Assembly (NCBI GenBank): GCA_010093605.1
Contig: MU004198.1
Location: 1,428,726-1,492,725, forward strand
Origin: Lophium mytilinum
Taxonomy: Eukaryota
DNA: 64,000 bases
Direction: 5' to 3'
In this document: one piece after another, positions 36,073 through 48,870 of the stretch
Position numbering within the stretch: the first letter of the stretch is position 1
How the letters are laid out: each line of letters starts with the position of its first letter
Translations under genes and position numbers: made by a program
The notes under the pieces: generated by a model
What the model was told of the DNA's origin: nothing
Databases searched by the model: none
What the model saw: the letters and a program-made list of their open reading frames with translations, nothing else

Positions 36073-37665
36073 GATTGAGATGGAGTCGGTGGAGTTGGAG
36101 TGGATGTTGTTGAGATTGTTACAGAGGATGAGATGGGAGACGGGGGAGCGGAGGCCGAATCGGGCGGTGACGACGCTGAGGATGAGGTTGTTGGTGTAGA
36201 AGATAATGAAGAAGAGGTCGATGTTGTAAGCGAGGAAGACAGAGAGGTAGATGATGAAGTGTGCAGCATGGAGTGCACCTCGTCGTTGATATACGGCGTC
36301 CTCAACTCAAGATATGTTGATGGTTGGATGGCAGCACTTGACTCGATCAAGCGTAGTAGTCTTCAGATAAGCCCAATGTTCCTAAAGTCGAATAACAACC
36401 GCCCACGTTCTTTGCAGCTCGAAGCGATGTTCTTGTTCAATATTCAGCCATGGTTCGGCAAGCCACCTCATATATACTCATCCACTCCTATCCAGCAGCA
36501 CATCATGCTCAGCTCCAGCCCGGCTAGTCCCTTGCACAAAGCTGACTCCCTGGCGCCACGAAACGCCTATCGATAGGATCCTCACAGGGTCCGCCCTGCC
36601 GATCCCTCGCGTTTCGCAAAAACTGCGAAGGAAAAGTAACCGCGACGCTTCTACGCGACCTCACCGCAACGACGTCTCTCCACCGCTCTCCTGAGCTGAT
36701 AACGTATCAAGTTGAGACAGGGTCGCCAGGGGCGAAGCTCGGAGTACACTCTGTGCTGTGGGCTCCCGACTTGCTCCGATGGCGCGGGCGAGGCCGGCGG
36801 TAAGCACATCGAAGGGTCGGTCTGCTGTCTGTGGACTGATCGCACGGTCTACCAACCTTATATAACGGGGTTAGGTTCCACAATTCCATGATTCAACCTT
36901 TAGCTGCTATTCTCATCTGCGATATATTTCTTTCATGTTGCGTCTCGGGTGGGGTCGGAGCGGTACGTTCCCTGTGTTAGGTGTCATGGTATCTCTCGCG
37001 GGTCTTTTTCGTCATTTCAAGTCTTTGATGAGTCTTCCTGATCGGGTGTCTGTGCTTCTATTCGTGATGGATCTAGATTTATGCTGACGCTGCATTTGTT
37101 TTCAATTGCGCATAATAAACATACAAGCATGATATCGAAGTCGGGCCGAGTGACTCTCAGTGTCAAACATCAGCCCACCGAACTTCCTGCTGCGATCCGC
37201 GATGACCACTAGATGACGATGGTTTTGAATTCCCAAAGACAGAGAGGAAAACAGAGCTACTCGTGTCGCTGACATGGAGCGGCGAAGGTGATGTTGCAAG
37301 CCTGCAAAGGGCGTATCCAAAGGTGCAAAGAACCCATTCTTGAAAAACGCCGACGCTAAAGGAACACAAAAAAGCAGAGGAGCGGTGTAGAAAAGAGCGG
37401 ATTTCTGGCATAGTGTATCCTAGGGCGGGTTAAGATGTCGGATAGGCGAGTTTTGTGAAGGAGGCGGAGAAAGAAGATTCGGTCTCGTCGTTATACTCGT
37501 TGGAAGAGCAGCGCAACGGTAGGTTGGACATCTATACAGGTATGGCCCGATATTCGCGTACGAGGATGCGAGTCCAGGTGCAATTCCAGGGTCGTGTAGT
37601 CGAGGAAGAACTTCGATCATACTCGTCCAACTCCGGCCAGGACAGTCCGAGACCTCTCTCCATCA

Positions 37666-38227
37666 CTACACCATCAATCCAACAGCCACCACTCCCGCCG
37701 CTACCATATTCTTCCTCCATCCGCCTGCTACCGCAGTCCCTATTGCGCCCCCAGCCACTGTCTTCGTCACCCCGACTTTTCCTGTCAATGTGCCCAACCC
37801 AACATCTCCTTTACCGACGTACGTTGGAAGCTGGTCCGGTACCTGGGCGAAAGTCTGGGTGTAGATGACGGCGACCCATGTCTTGACGCCTTTGATGGTG
37901 GTTTCGACCCACTGGGTGCTCACGACAGGGGAATCGCTTTGGGTCAGGACTGCACCCACGCCGTTGACGATTTCGCGGAGTCTGCGGTATGTTTAGCCGG
38001 TGCATGAGATGAGATGAGATGAAAAGCAGTAAAAGAAGCACCTACTCAAGATTTGGATCGGTTGTCGGTGCTGGCGGAGGTGGCGGAAGAACTGTAGAAG
38101 CTGGTACATTCGTTGGTGTCGCGGTCGGGAGAATAGCTGTTGCTGGTAGACTGGCTGGGCGAGGTATTAAGACATGAGAAGCTGCCAGCGCGGGTAAGAG
38201 GAGGGAAGTGAGTGTTGCGAGCCGCAT
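37666..38227 (-). CDS. Kre1-like small GPI/cell-wall protein
   Basis: Signal peptide MRLATLTSLLLPALAAS, P/T-rich linker, intron ~37982-38044, TQWVETTIKGVKTWVAVIYTQTFAQVPDQ..GDVGLGTLTG, hydrophobic tail. Confidence 0.75.
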
Positions 38228-40763
38228 CGTTGCCGATTAAGTTTATATCCAAATCCAATGGAAGTAGGAGAGAAAGTTTCTTAACTCTGTGAGGTCCAAT
38301 AGGGACCTCGTGTTCGTAGGTTTCAAAGACAGCAGACTTGGAGTCCGATATTGCGAAGAGCGATGGGATGACGGCTACTGTGGCTAGTTGCTTTTTCAAT
38401 TGTTCTCGTGTGTATGCTTGGGCTAAACAACCAAGCTATTCTGTTCGATCCAAAGGATTCCCGGAACCTAGGAAGACGAAAAGAGCGAAAATGGAGCAAG
38501 TCCTGCAAAAAGAGCGTTCGAAAGTCTCGGTACCGAAAGAGGGTCTCAGATAAGGCGTGGACAGCTGCGATGTTTCCTGGGTAGAACAGACACGCAGATT
38601 CGCCTTAGTGGTAGGCGCAGGAACTTCGTCACTGTGTAATGGAGGCGTCGTCGAACGCGCAAGCCTCAGACCGGAGGTATCAAAAGGCGGCGCAATGCAT
38701 GCAGCGTCGGAGCAAAGCGGGGAGACGAACGAAGATACAGAATCTGGGACGTATGTATTTCTGGGTGGATAAGGCAATTCTCTGTATACAAGGCGCCGTA
38801 AAGTAAACGAGTGTAGTGGTGTGGGAAAAGAGGTACGAAAACGAGAGACAAGAGGAAAGCGATTCGCAAGGCTGTACAGCTGAAGAGGGTGGGCACGAGT
38901 TGATGAGCAAACCGGGTAGTAGCTATCTATCATGGAGCAATCTCCAAGCGCCTCTCGTGGGCTGGAGCAGTACCACCCCGACCACGAATTGAAGCCGTGG
39001 AAAGGGCCGGGATGCGCGCCGTCCGATAATGCTGGCTGATTGCGCCGTCTGAGTGGTGGGTCGCATGCCAGTGTAGCCCGTTTCGTCCTCGTTCAACGGC
39101 CGCTACTGGGATCCAAAGCCCAACCAGCCGACTTCCTCAATCAACTCAGCTTCGCTATGATGCCTCGGCCAGATAAAGGAAGCATCACGAGGCATCCTAA
39201 ATGCTTCGCCGCGCCGTACCTCTATCCTGAAACGCTCGTCCTTGATTTCCTCCTCAAATGGATATATCTACAGCGTGTTCAACAAGATCCCCTTTCCACG
39301 CGGCTCTACGGCGGCAGCTCCGCCTCGTATCGCGCGGTCCGGCTCCTTCGATACGATGCGCACAGGGACCCCGATGCTTGATCAGAACTTTCTTTGCTCC
39401 GGCCACTGACGCGTCAGCGAAAGACCACAGTCGTCCATGGATGTGCCGCTGTTCGCTCTCTTTTCGCAACAATCAGCTGCTCATCCCCCTCCATCCGTCG
39501 TAGCTTCACCGGGTTCCATCTTGATAAGCCTCGCGCTATCGAAAGGGTCTCCAGTAAGTTGCAGGCATGTAAAGCTTAGTCAACGGCTATGCGGACGACA
39601 GCGGCAGTTGTATTTTCGTACCTGCGTTAGTCCGCGCTGCACGGGGCTCCGGGAGCCATGGTGTTTAAGACGATATCCGCTCCGAGTGCGACGTCGGACG
39701 ACGCGGCTCTCCTTATTTAGCTGTGCTGCCGTCGTGCGTTGCGAAGCGGATGATTCGGTGAGTTTTGTCAGCGTTTGTACGAACCTCGGATGCTAAAGTT
39801 AGTTCAGGTGTATAAGTCATGGTGTGCTCGTATCTCCTAATCGACAGCTGCTTCGATTTAGAGCCGGCGCGCAAGGACATTTTTGGACTCTCTTCCAATT
39901 TTTCCATCGGAGTCCCTGGTGCAAGCACCTCTTTGCCACCTGCAAAGCAAACGCGCTTCGATTCCTGGAAGTTAACAACTCCGCTTCATCTTTGGGTAAG
40001 ACACAACACTGTACAAAACACTCCCAATCTACGAGAAGGGATTCGACTCGAATGAAACATCCCGCTCTGGACCTATCTTAGCACTTCAGCCCAGCTCTCC
40101 GTGCGGCAAAACTTGTGCCTCCATTCCAAACCTCATTTCGCAATTCGAGTACGCGTCACAGTGACCACGAGGTCGGCAACAAAGATTTCACCACTTTCTC
40201 AAGTTTCCCCATAGACTTCTAATGGTAATTAGTTGAACGAATGAGATGGGTGTGACTGCTTCTTGTAACACTACCACATTTCCAGAGAAGATGGGCTCCT
40301 TCAATACAGCTGGTTGAAAGGAAAAAAATAAAGGTGTACGTCACCCCGAACTCCGGACTAGAGACTTAGAGTAGGTGCTTTGGGAGCTTGTCTAGTCTTT
40401 AGATGTGGGGGTGCACACTCTTGATACAGATGCTGAAGCAGGTTGTATATCTAGGTTTAGTTGTTGCTTGAACTCAATCTGCAGCTTTCTGGAATACTAA
40501 GAACAATAGACGTGAAACTGGGTATTGAGAGTAAACGGTGGTAAGGAGCGATATGCAGATCCTGAAGCCAGTCCGTGCGATTTTGACTCTCTTCCAGCAT
40601 GTCAGTATCGCGGCCGTCAAAATCAGATTACCGATTTTCGAGACCTATTATAAGAGGTAATTTACTCTTTGGGATAATCTATATATTTTTTTTACTTTCA
40701 AAGCATTTCACAACAACAAAATCCAAATGGTCTGCGGACCAATCGCTCTAAAAAACTTCTTCC

Positions 40764-40885
40764 AAGGGGTTTCGTCGGCGGCCACCATAAAGGTGGTGGG
40801 CTCACTACGGTGAGCCCCAGGTTTTGCTCCCCTAAGGCTATGGGCTCAAAACTTGGTACGACCCTTCTCTTTTTTTGCTTTTTTC
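40764..40885 (+). other. Multi-hairpin structured element (candidate ncRNA or mitochondrial palindrome insert)
   Basis: Three adjacent stems plus a closing stem, a cUACGg loop, followed by T7 and T6 tracts. Identity unknown. Confidence 0.4.
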
Positions 40886-41337
40886 TATACATGTGGTTCC
40901 GCACTGGGGGATGCATCAACGAAACTAGGGTAGATCCGCGCTCCGGCCTTCACGTAATTAACAAGCAACACGCGCCCTAGTTCAGACAGTCCTCGCATTC
41001 GACACATTGAAAGACAAAAGTATAGATTGTGTATGCCAATCGCATTATGCATTAATATACAGTTACTAGCATACAGTCCCCGACCCGATGAGGAGCTCCA
41101 CTGGGCTCAACTCAAGATGCCTCCATGTAAACAAACTCCAAGAAAAAAACCAGACCAGGGGGTATATCCTCCGCCGAACGCTAGTCAAGGAAAGAGGGGA
41201 TTTTTCGTCAAGTGCAGCATGCGATTCGCTAACGGTGCATCCGCTCTGCATCCAAAATCGAGAGAGGGCATCTCGTCGAGCGGCGTGAGCTAATATGGAC
41301 ACTAAGAAGGGAGTCAGCAAGGGAAAGAGCGAGAACT

Positions 41338-42696
41338 TCAAGATCCGAGGCTGAGCCGCTCAACCTCATGATCCAGTTCCGTCAAATCCCCGCTATAGTC
41401 CTCAACGGTGACCGGGGCGGCGTAGCCGGGCGGGCTGGCCGGCACGTCCTCGTACATGGGCGGCTGCTCCTCGTCCCAGGAGATGCCCATGCCGCCACGC
41501 TCGGTGAGAAGGAGGTTGAACTGGGTGCGCAAAACGCGCGCGGAGCCGGTGGGGGTTGGCTGGTTGAGCTTCTTGAGCGGCGCCCACTCCTCCGACACGA
41601 CCATCTCGATGACGAGGATGTGCCGCACGCTCATGCCGTTCTCGCTCTCGACGTTGCAGATGGGATTGCGGCGCGGGTCCATGGCCGCGTTGAACTCGAC
41701 CTCGATGTTGCCGGCCGAGAAGTCGGTCTTCCAGCCGGTTTTGATGTCTTCGTGGGCGATGACGCGCATGTCCTCGTGCGCGATGCCTTTGTTGTCGCCG
41801 CCGAGCCGGCTGGTGTGCTTGGCGCAGGCGGGTGAGACGGACTTTTGGATTTCTTCAATCTTCCATTGCAGCTTGCGGAGGCGCCATTGGGTCTGGGAAT
41901 CGGTTTTCTTGGTGACGATGCCTTGGATGCGCATCTCGACTTTGAAGTCGCCGATGGGGTAGACGACGCCGGGGAGCTTGACGGTGGCGGTGAGGTTGGT
42001 GGGCGGGAAGATGCGCACTGAGTGCTTGTCGGTCGTGGGAGGCAGGATTGCTCGCTTGATATCGATCACGTGGTTGAGGGTGATTTTCTCGCCAGTGGAG
42101 GTGGTCGCGGTGGCAAAAAGGTGGTAGTCGAGCAATGCAACAGATCCGTGGGTGGTCGCTGGGAGATGGCCGGGAAGGAGGGAGCTGAATGGGTACTGGT
42201 GCTCGCCCTTCTTAAGAGCAACAGGATCGGTAAGAATTGTCCATTTGTGGATTTCAGAGGTCTGGGTAGCACACTCGCGGCATTCTTTTGCCACGGGCTT
42301 CTTAGTGGTCGCAGTGGCCAGCAGCTGCATCTCAAAGGCGTCGACGGTAACGGCGGGATCGGTCACGTCTAGCTTTAAGCGGCCAGACAGCAATGCGCCT
42401 GTGGAGTTCTGCGGCGAGGCATAGAAGAGCAGCGGCGGTGACTCGATAATCATGGACAGCTTGGCGGGCTTGTGGGGCTCGACGCGGGGACTCTTCTTGT
42501 CCGAGTGATGGCGGCCGCCGAGGCTGTGGCGCTTGAGGTGCTCCATGCTAGACTGCTCGATCGATCGCTGTCTTGGGGGAGGCGAAACAGAGTACGGGGG
42601 AAGCAGCGGGGGGTTGATGGTGTTGATATGGTCGAGCTTGGAGGACGATGACGACTGCGTGGCCCTGCCGACAAACGCAAGGAGACGGCCGGGCAT
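41338..42696 (-). CDS. LDB19: Alpha-arrestin Ldb19/Art1-like Rsp5 adaptor
   Basis: IESPPLLFY..STGALLSGRL, YPFSSLLPGHLPATT, SVRIFPPTNL, ARVLRTQFNLLLTERGGMGISWDEEQPPMYEDVPASPPGY (PPxY motifs). Confidence 0.9.
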   Translation of the reverse strand: MPGRLLAFVGRATQSSSSSKLDHINTINPPLLPPYSVSPPPRQRSIEQSSMEHLKRHSLGGRHHSDKKSPRVEPHKPAKLSMIIESPPLLFYASPQNSTGALLSGRLKLDVTDPAVTVDAFEMQLLATATTKKPVAKECRECATQTSEIHKWTILTDPVALKKGEHQYPFSSLLPGHLPATTHGSVALLDYHLFATATTSTGEKITLNHVIDIKRAILPPTTDKHSVRIFPPTNLTATVKLPGVVYPIGDFKVEMRIQGIVTKKTDSQTQWRLRKLQWKIEEIQKSVSPACAKHTSRLGGDNKGIAHEDMRVIAHEDIKTGWKTDFSAGNIEVEFNAAMDPRRNPICNVESENGMSVRHILVIEMVVSEEWAPLKKLNQPTPTGSARVLRTQFNLLLTERGGMGISWDEEQPPMYEDVPASPPGYAAPVTVEDYSGDLTELDHEVERLSLGS

Positions 42697-44681
42697 GGCT
42701 GCGCTGGCTGCGTCAGGCAGGAAAATCCGGGGAGCGGCGCAGGGAAGATTTTCTTTTGTTCGTCAGGTGCAGCTAGTGTGTGGCTCGGCCCAGTGTGGCT
42801 AGTATTCACTCGCTAGGGAGCTTCTCGGAGGGATTGAGGTCGGGAGGGAAAACTGGGAGGGTTGAATTGGGGTAGAAGCAATCGAGGTAGAGGTAGTCAG
42901 GCAGGAGAGTCAGGCAGAAAAAGCAGAATGCAAGAAAATAATGAAGCTGGGGATGTTTGGGTCTTGTAGTGCGGCGGTACATAATGGAAACTGGTTTACT
43001 GAGGCTAGTGGCTCCATGTGCGGTGAGGGTGAATCACGTCTTGCGGGCCAGGGTGCATGCACTAACCCATGCTTTCAGATCAAGCGCCAGGGCTCCAATT
43101 GGCAGCCCGAGCCCAGGTCAGGAGGCCGAGCTCTCGTGATGCCTTTTGCGGTCAGTGGAAAACACCATCCGCCAGCTGGAGTGCTGCATCGCCAGCCCCT
43201 CACTCATCAGCCCATCAAATAGTGCCCCCTTTGAGGCCCCTAATGCGGATCCACGCGGCCGTCAACACCACTAATTGCAGCAGCGCCATCTCAGCTCGGC
43301 GCTCTCGATGCAGGTCAGAATAGTCCTCAGCAGGGCAGCTAGCCAGACGCACTCCGCAAGTTGCAAGCTGATAACGGCGGCTGTTCCGGACTACGCCCGC
43401 CGTTGTCGTCCATGTGGCTTGATATTTTCTGGGACCGACGGCAGGGAACATCCGTAGCGCAGCAGCACATCTCTTACGCGAGTTGGGCCCCGGATGACGC
43501 TTCTTACGGCACCCTCTGACCTCCGGCCAGCGCGCCTCTGCGGGGAAGTTCATTATTGTTGCCCCTGTTGAAAGAAACCAACACCTTCTCCGAGGAGGCC
43601 TCCGAACGCGCCAGTAGATGCCTTGCGGCGCCCTGCTGTGTACCATGCTCTCTCCACTGAGCAGTTCCCGATGCTGCGTGCGGCGTCTACCATCATCGAT
43701 TCGGATGCCAAGCATCGTGAAATAACGTAATGCGAGCAAAATTTTCTGGTGTTGGTGGCCCAATGCCAGCTACAGCCGCTGCCACGCGCCTTGCGTGACG
43801 CCCGCCCCATTTGACTCATGCTGTCCGTCTCCACCTGGGTGCCAGCGTGGACGAGTCCGGCCAGCACAGTGCTCTGTCACCTCTGTCTGGCCCTGTCATG
43901 GTGAGTAAGAAGCTCCACCCCTACCATCCGTTCGGAGACACTCCTTGAATCCATTACTCGATCGCTCTGCCAATAGAGTGCGAACCCTGAATTCTGTTAC
44001 TCGATAATTAGCCAATAAACGTCCCGACCCGACGCCGGTCGCCTCTCGCCTCCACTATATTTGTCGGAGGCCTCCGTCGCGTGCATTCTCGACGCTCTTG
44101 AAACAGAACTCCACGAGGCTGTGGAGCCGCACAAAAGATCCAAGTATCGCGGCTTCTTCACAAGCGATGTCGCATCAGCCCCACCGCCGTAGTAATCGCC
44201 GAAGGATTCGCTCTAGAAGTCTCTGCCGCCGCTAACGCTGCTTCCGGTCACTATTTTCTAAACCCAGAACTAGAAGTTTTCTTCCGGTCATTCGTTCCTT
44301 GTGGGGAGAAGGCGTTTTCGACCAGCCTAACGGCCCGAGCGATTGCCGACTAGAGTCATATTGGTAGAGCGCCCTGGCGCACGATTCGGATCCACACTTG
44401 CGATTTTCTTCTTGCGGTAATTATCAGGTACCATCTAATGATTCATGTTTCGCAGAAAATTGCGCCTTCTTCCATCATTCTTCTCTCATTCTTCGAAACA
44501 AAAGCGCGTTCGTCTCTGCAAAAGGCCTCATCTTGGAATTGACATGTGCTATGCTGACTGTGTTCAATGATGCTGCTTTTCGTGACTAGTTTGAACCTCC
44601 TGCTCTCTCACTCTACTCCTTATCTTTCGAAGTGGAGGCCCTTCTCAGATGCTTTCCTTCGTCCAATCGCCATAAGCGACT

Positions 44682-45245
44682 CCACTCAGCTACGCTAACC
44701 TCAGCCCTACGAGCAGTGCATCGATAGCGATAACACATCAACCACTCTTTGGCTATGGAGTCACTCTGGTCTCCAATAAAATCCCTTTTCGGCACTACTA
44801 TTCCAATCCTGTATTTCCTTCAACCTAACTGCTTTACCCGATACCACTCAGCTGCGCCATCGTCTTATACTCAGCCTACGAACAAGGCATAGACAGCCCA
44901 CGGCCTATTAGCCACGCTCTCTCGATATTAAAGCCCATCCACCAATCCGTGGAACGCATAAGTGTGGCTGAATTGATATCTCTGTCCAGCTCCTCAACGC
45001 TATAGCCTATCTGCACCCAATCACCATTTCCCCGCCCTCTCCCTCTCAGCCGCGTCATCTCTCAGCCCTACGAGTAGCGCAAGAACAACACACCAACCCC
45101 TCTTTAGCTAACAAGGTAAGGAGACAAATCCGATCAGTGTCTTCCAATTGCAGGCATCGACTACTCCATTCGGTTTCCCCAAGTTCCCAATTGATCTCAC
45201 TCAGCTCCGCCACATCCTCAGCCCAACACCACAACCCTAGCTATA
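44682..45245 (+). repeat. Degenerate dispersed tandem repeat, 4 copies
   Basis: C(A/T)CTCAGC..CG..CTCAGCC(C)TACGA units at 44682, 44844, 45042 and a weaker one at 45198. Confidence 0.6.
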
Positions 45246-46393
45246 TTTCAACTTTCCCCAGGAAATCACATCCAATAGTCCTAGATCGCATTGAATGCGG
45301 CTTAGCTACCAGCCTAATCGACCCAGCTCGAATCTAGGCCCTACTATACAAGCATCAGCCAGCCCAAAGCCTTCAGCTTCGTCCGCTCCGTCGAACTTCC
45401 CAAATCACATCCTCGACTTCAAAAGCTGCTAATGCGAGATGCATTGCATACACCGCTCCTCCAAAGAGTAGCCATTCAGAGATCAGGTTTGAAGGGCGCG
45501 TTAGTAGTAGGCTGCGACTCCGATTGACACTCCAAAACACCACAGCCTATTTCTACTTTTGCGGGAGTACGGTAAGCCCGCCTTCACAGTCGCAGGCACT
45601 CATTACCCGTCTTCAAAAGCTATACGCCTGATCCACACGCCCAGGATTGTCGCACCTAATGCTCATTTTGGAGAGTACGTTGAAGGCACCTTGGTAGTAC
45701 GAACCACTCCTCCACTGCCGTGAAGAATTGGCGCAATTCGCGTTGTCGCGAACCGACTTCCATCCCCGATTATGGGGAGGGCGCTGGAGCGCTCCTGACA
45801 GCGGCAAATAAGATATCTCAGACACCCAAAGCCGGAGGCTGATTAACAGGCTCGAGATTCGCATCAATTTCTGTTTTATCAGAGTCCACCGGAGGGCTCC
45901 TGACAGCATCGAGCACTCGTGGCCCAGCATGGAGGCTGCGAGGCTAGTTTCTCGGCTCCAGGACTTGTATAATGCGTCTTGGGTTTTGTGTTCGCCGAAT
46001 GTCCATTGACAGTATCAACTCCTAATTACCTAATGCGTAAGACGCAGCTGATTTGAGGGCTTTTGAACCTCGCTGTGTGCTCTTGCTAGTAGAATGCGCT
46101 GAAGTACCCCTCACAGTATCAAACGCTCGGAGCTCACCCTCGTGCCTCTCGTCCAACTCACCCGCTCTCGTACATCCCGTTTAATCCCAGATTTCAAAGA
46201 CATCTTCTGAATCACGCCACACATCACCAAAACCCCATGAAAACATCAAGAGAAAAGATTATGATTACCGCACCCACTACCCCGTTCCTTCACGGGCAAT
46301 AAGCCTACCTACTCCCCAGGCCAACCCCATCTCCACCGCAGAACCCACGAATAGGCAAGCTCCCAAAGGTCTTACCCTCCGCCTCAGTATAAC

Positions 46394-48853
46394 CTACCAC
46401 GCATGCGCCCCCTGATTCGGCTGCAGCGCCAACAGCGCAAACGCCCCGCCCATAACCGGCCTTGCCCTGAAATGCGGCGCATCGCCAAACCCGCCATCAC
46501 CACCCGTCTCATAGATATCCGTAAACGGCACATCCAACGGCGTCTCCTCGATCCACTTCGCAATACCGCTGATGAACATATCGCGGGTATCGTCGCTCGC
46601 GACCGCCGCCGCCCAGATCTCCCAGTCCGTCTTGGTGTACGCGTGGCGCGTGTCCAGCGGGACGCCGTACTTGCCGGCGACAGTCGGGTAGAAGTCGCTC
46701 TGCTGGGCATAGACAGAGGCGGGGACGAGGGAGGTGTTGAGGAGGGCGTCGGCGTAGAGGTTGTAGAGGATGCCCCACGAGGACTCGTTGCCGTAATTGA
46801 GCGTCGTGTGGGGCGGGGTGGAGTTTTTGTTGATGCCGAGGGTCTGCCACTCGTCGATGTAGTCGGCGGCGATGGAGCTGTAGTTCTTGGCGTCGGCTTT
46901 GTGCGAGGTGTGCGCGGCGATGTTGGCCATGGCTTGGATGCCGATCATGCCTTTGAGGGCGAGGTTGGTTTGGTTGCTGGGAAGGTGGGTTAGTGGGATG
47001 CCGGTAAGGTGGGAGGAGGAGCTTACACAAGGGGTCCCGCAAAGTCGTCGGTGGAGAGCTGCTCCTTGGGGATCAGCGCTTCGTCGATCAAGTACTGCGT
47101 CCACTGGTTGAGGATCTTGTAGTGCTCGCGGAGGTACTGGGTGTTGCCGGTCTGTTGCCAGTATGCCAGGACCATGATGAGCATGTTGCCGCACTCCTCG
47201 AGCGGCATCGCCTCGTCCTTGCCGTCCTCATGCCCGGTTGCGTTGGGGAAGTTGGAGCCCAAGTCATGCATGGAATACTGGTTTGGGTAGTGACCGGATT
47301 CCTGGTTCTCGAAGAGCGGGTCTAGGAGCATTTTGACTAGGTCGGGGTTCATGTAGAGGAATCCTGGAAAAGCCGGGAACATGACATCGACAGTCTGAGT
47401 GTTGCCGTCCGAGGAGATTTCCTTCAGGAATAGATATGGCTTTTGCTTGGTGCCGGCGAGCTCAACACCACCGAAGGCTTGACGGGCAGCGAGCGATGTG
47501 ATGGTGAGATAGTCTGTACCAGCTGCGGCGATAGAATCCGTAGCAACCTTGCTATCAAGCTTGTCCGAGGCCTCAACCGCGTTGTCGTAATCGTGATGGA
47601 AGAAGGTGAGCTAGAATCAGTGAGATATAGTCCTTTACAATTGCCTGGGAAATTGACGTATTGACTTACAGCAGCCTGATCCGTATCGAAGTACTCAGTC
47701 CACAAAGAAGGCAAGGAAACTACACCATGTTTCCCGAGAAACTGAATTGCATCCTCTTGGCAAAGCCCGATAGTGAAGAGCGTGTTCACTGGCTCAGTCG
47801 ACACTGAGCCAAGAGCAACGGAGAATGCAAACACTGGCCAATGGTCGAAGATCGCACGATACTTCTTGTCCTTCGAATCAGGCAACGTGCCGTTTTGAGA
47901 GAAGGTGCCTCGCACGTCGGTATCTGCGCCAGTTGCCCAGGTGAGGCCACGCTTGCTGTCAGTAGCGTAGTACCAGTTGCCTATGTCACAATGTCAGCGG
48001 AACTGGAATCGTTGAAGTTGGAGCGACGACTTACCCCATTCGCTCTGATCGTTCTTCTCCGAGAAGAGCATTGGAGTCTGCTTCCAGATCTTGTGGAACG
48101 CGACTTGGCCGCCAGAATTTCCGGAGTCCCCTAAGTTGTGACGGTTAGAATCCCATCACAGTATACTACTATTTGGAATGGCGGCGGAACCAAGGCGAGA
48201 GCAGTGCTTTACTTACATTGCGCAACGTCGGATCTATCGCCAGAGACGAATTCTGGGAGCTGAGTCAGTAGGATGTAATGCTAGTTGTGGATCGAGACAA
48301 CATACCGGCCGAGATGTCTGAGTACACCTGTATGTCATGTTTATGCCCGTCCGTCGACACGACCTCAACGTCCATGTACGAGAAGATCAAGGATTGGCGC
48401 TTGAGGTCGTTCGGGTTGATTGGCGATAGGAACGTGACCCTCACGGAGACTTTGCCGTCAACATCCATGGTGAAGATGCTCTTCGTTGACGTGTACTCGG
48501 CCGAAGTCTGGTTGACAAAGTTGTCAAACCCTTCGGGTTTTCCCATCCACACATAGGACGTGCCATCGACGCGAACGATACCAGCCCATCCAAGTGTCTG
48601 GCCACTTCATATTTTGTCAGTGACGGCGGTGAAAAGGTCTTGCCATGAGAGGGAGAACTTACGCCCAGAACTGAGGCCATTGGCCTGGCAGGTACCCGCC
48701 ATTGGAGCCAGATGCTCCGGCAGGCAGCCAAGCAGACAGGTATGGAGACTTGACGGCTAGGGGAAACGAGGGTGGTCGAGCAGGAGTCCAGGTGGAATCG
48801 GCCAAGACAACGGCCAGGAGGAGCGGAAGTATCAGAGCGAACCTAGGAAACAT
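46394..48853 (-). CDS. gtaA: Secreted glutaminase A (GtaA family), multi-exon
   Basis: Signal peptide then STWTPARPPSFPLAVKSPYLSAW; FLKEISSDGNTQTVDV; MHDLGSNFPNATGH..EAMPLEECGNML; QLSTDDFAGPL; LYNLYAD; FRARPVMGGAFALL. Multiple short introns. Confidence 0.93.
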
Positions 48854-48870
48854 TCTGCTGAATGCGGCGG

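Noticed and set aside
36100..36576. Acidic 158-aa plus-strand ORF
   Set aside because: Antisense shadow of a TC-rich low-complexity tract with a non-ATG start.
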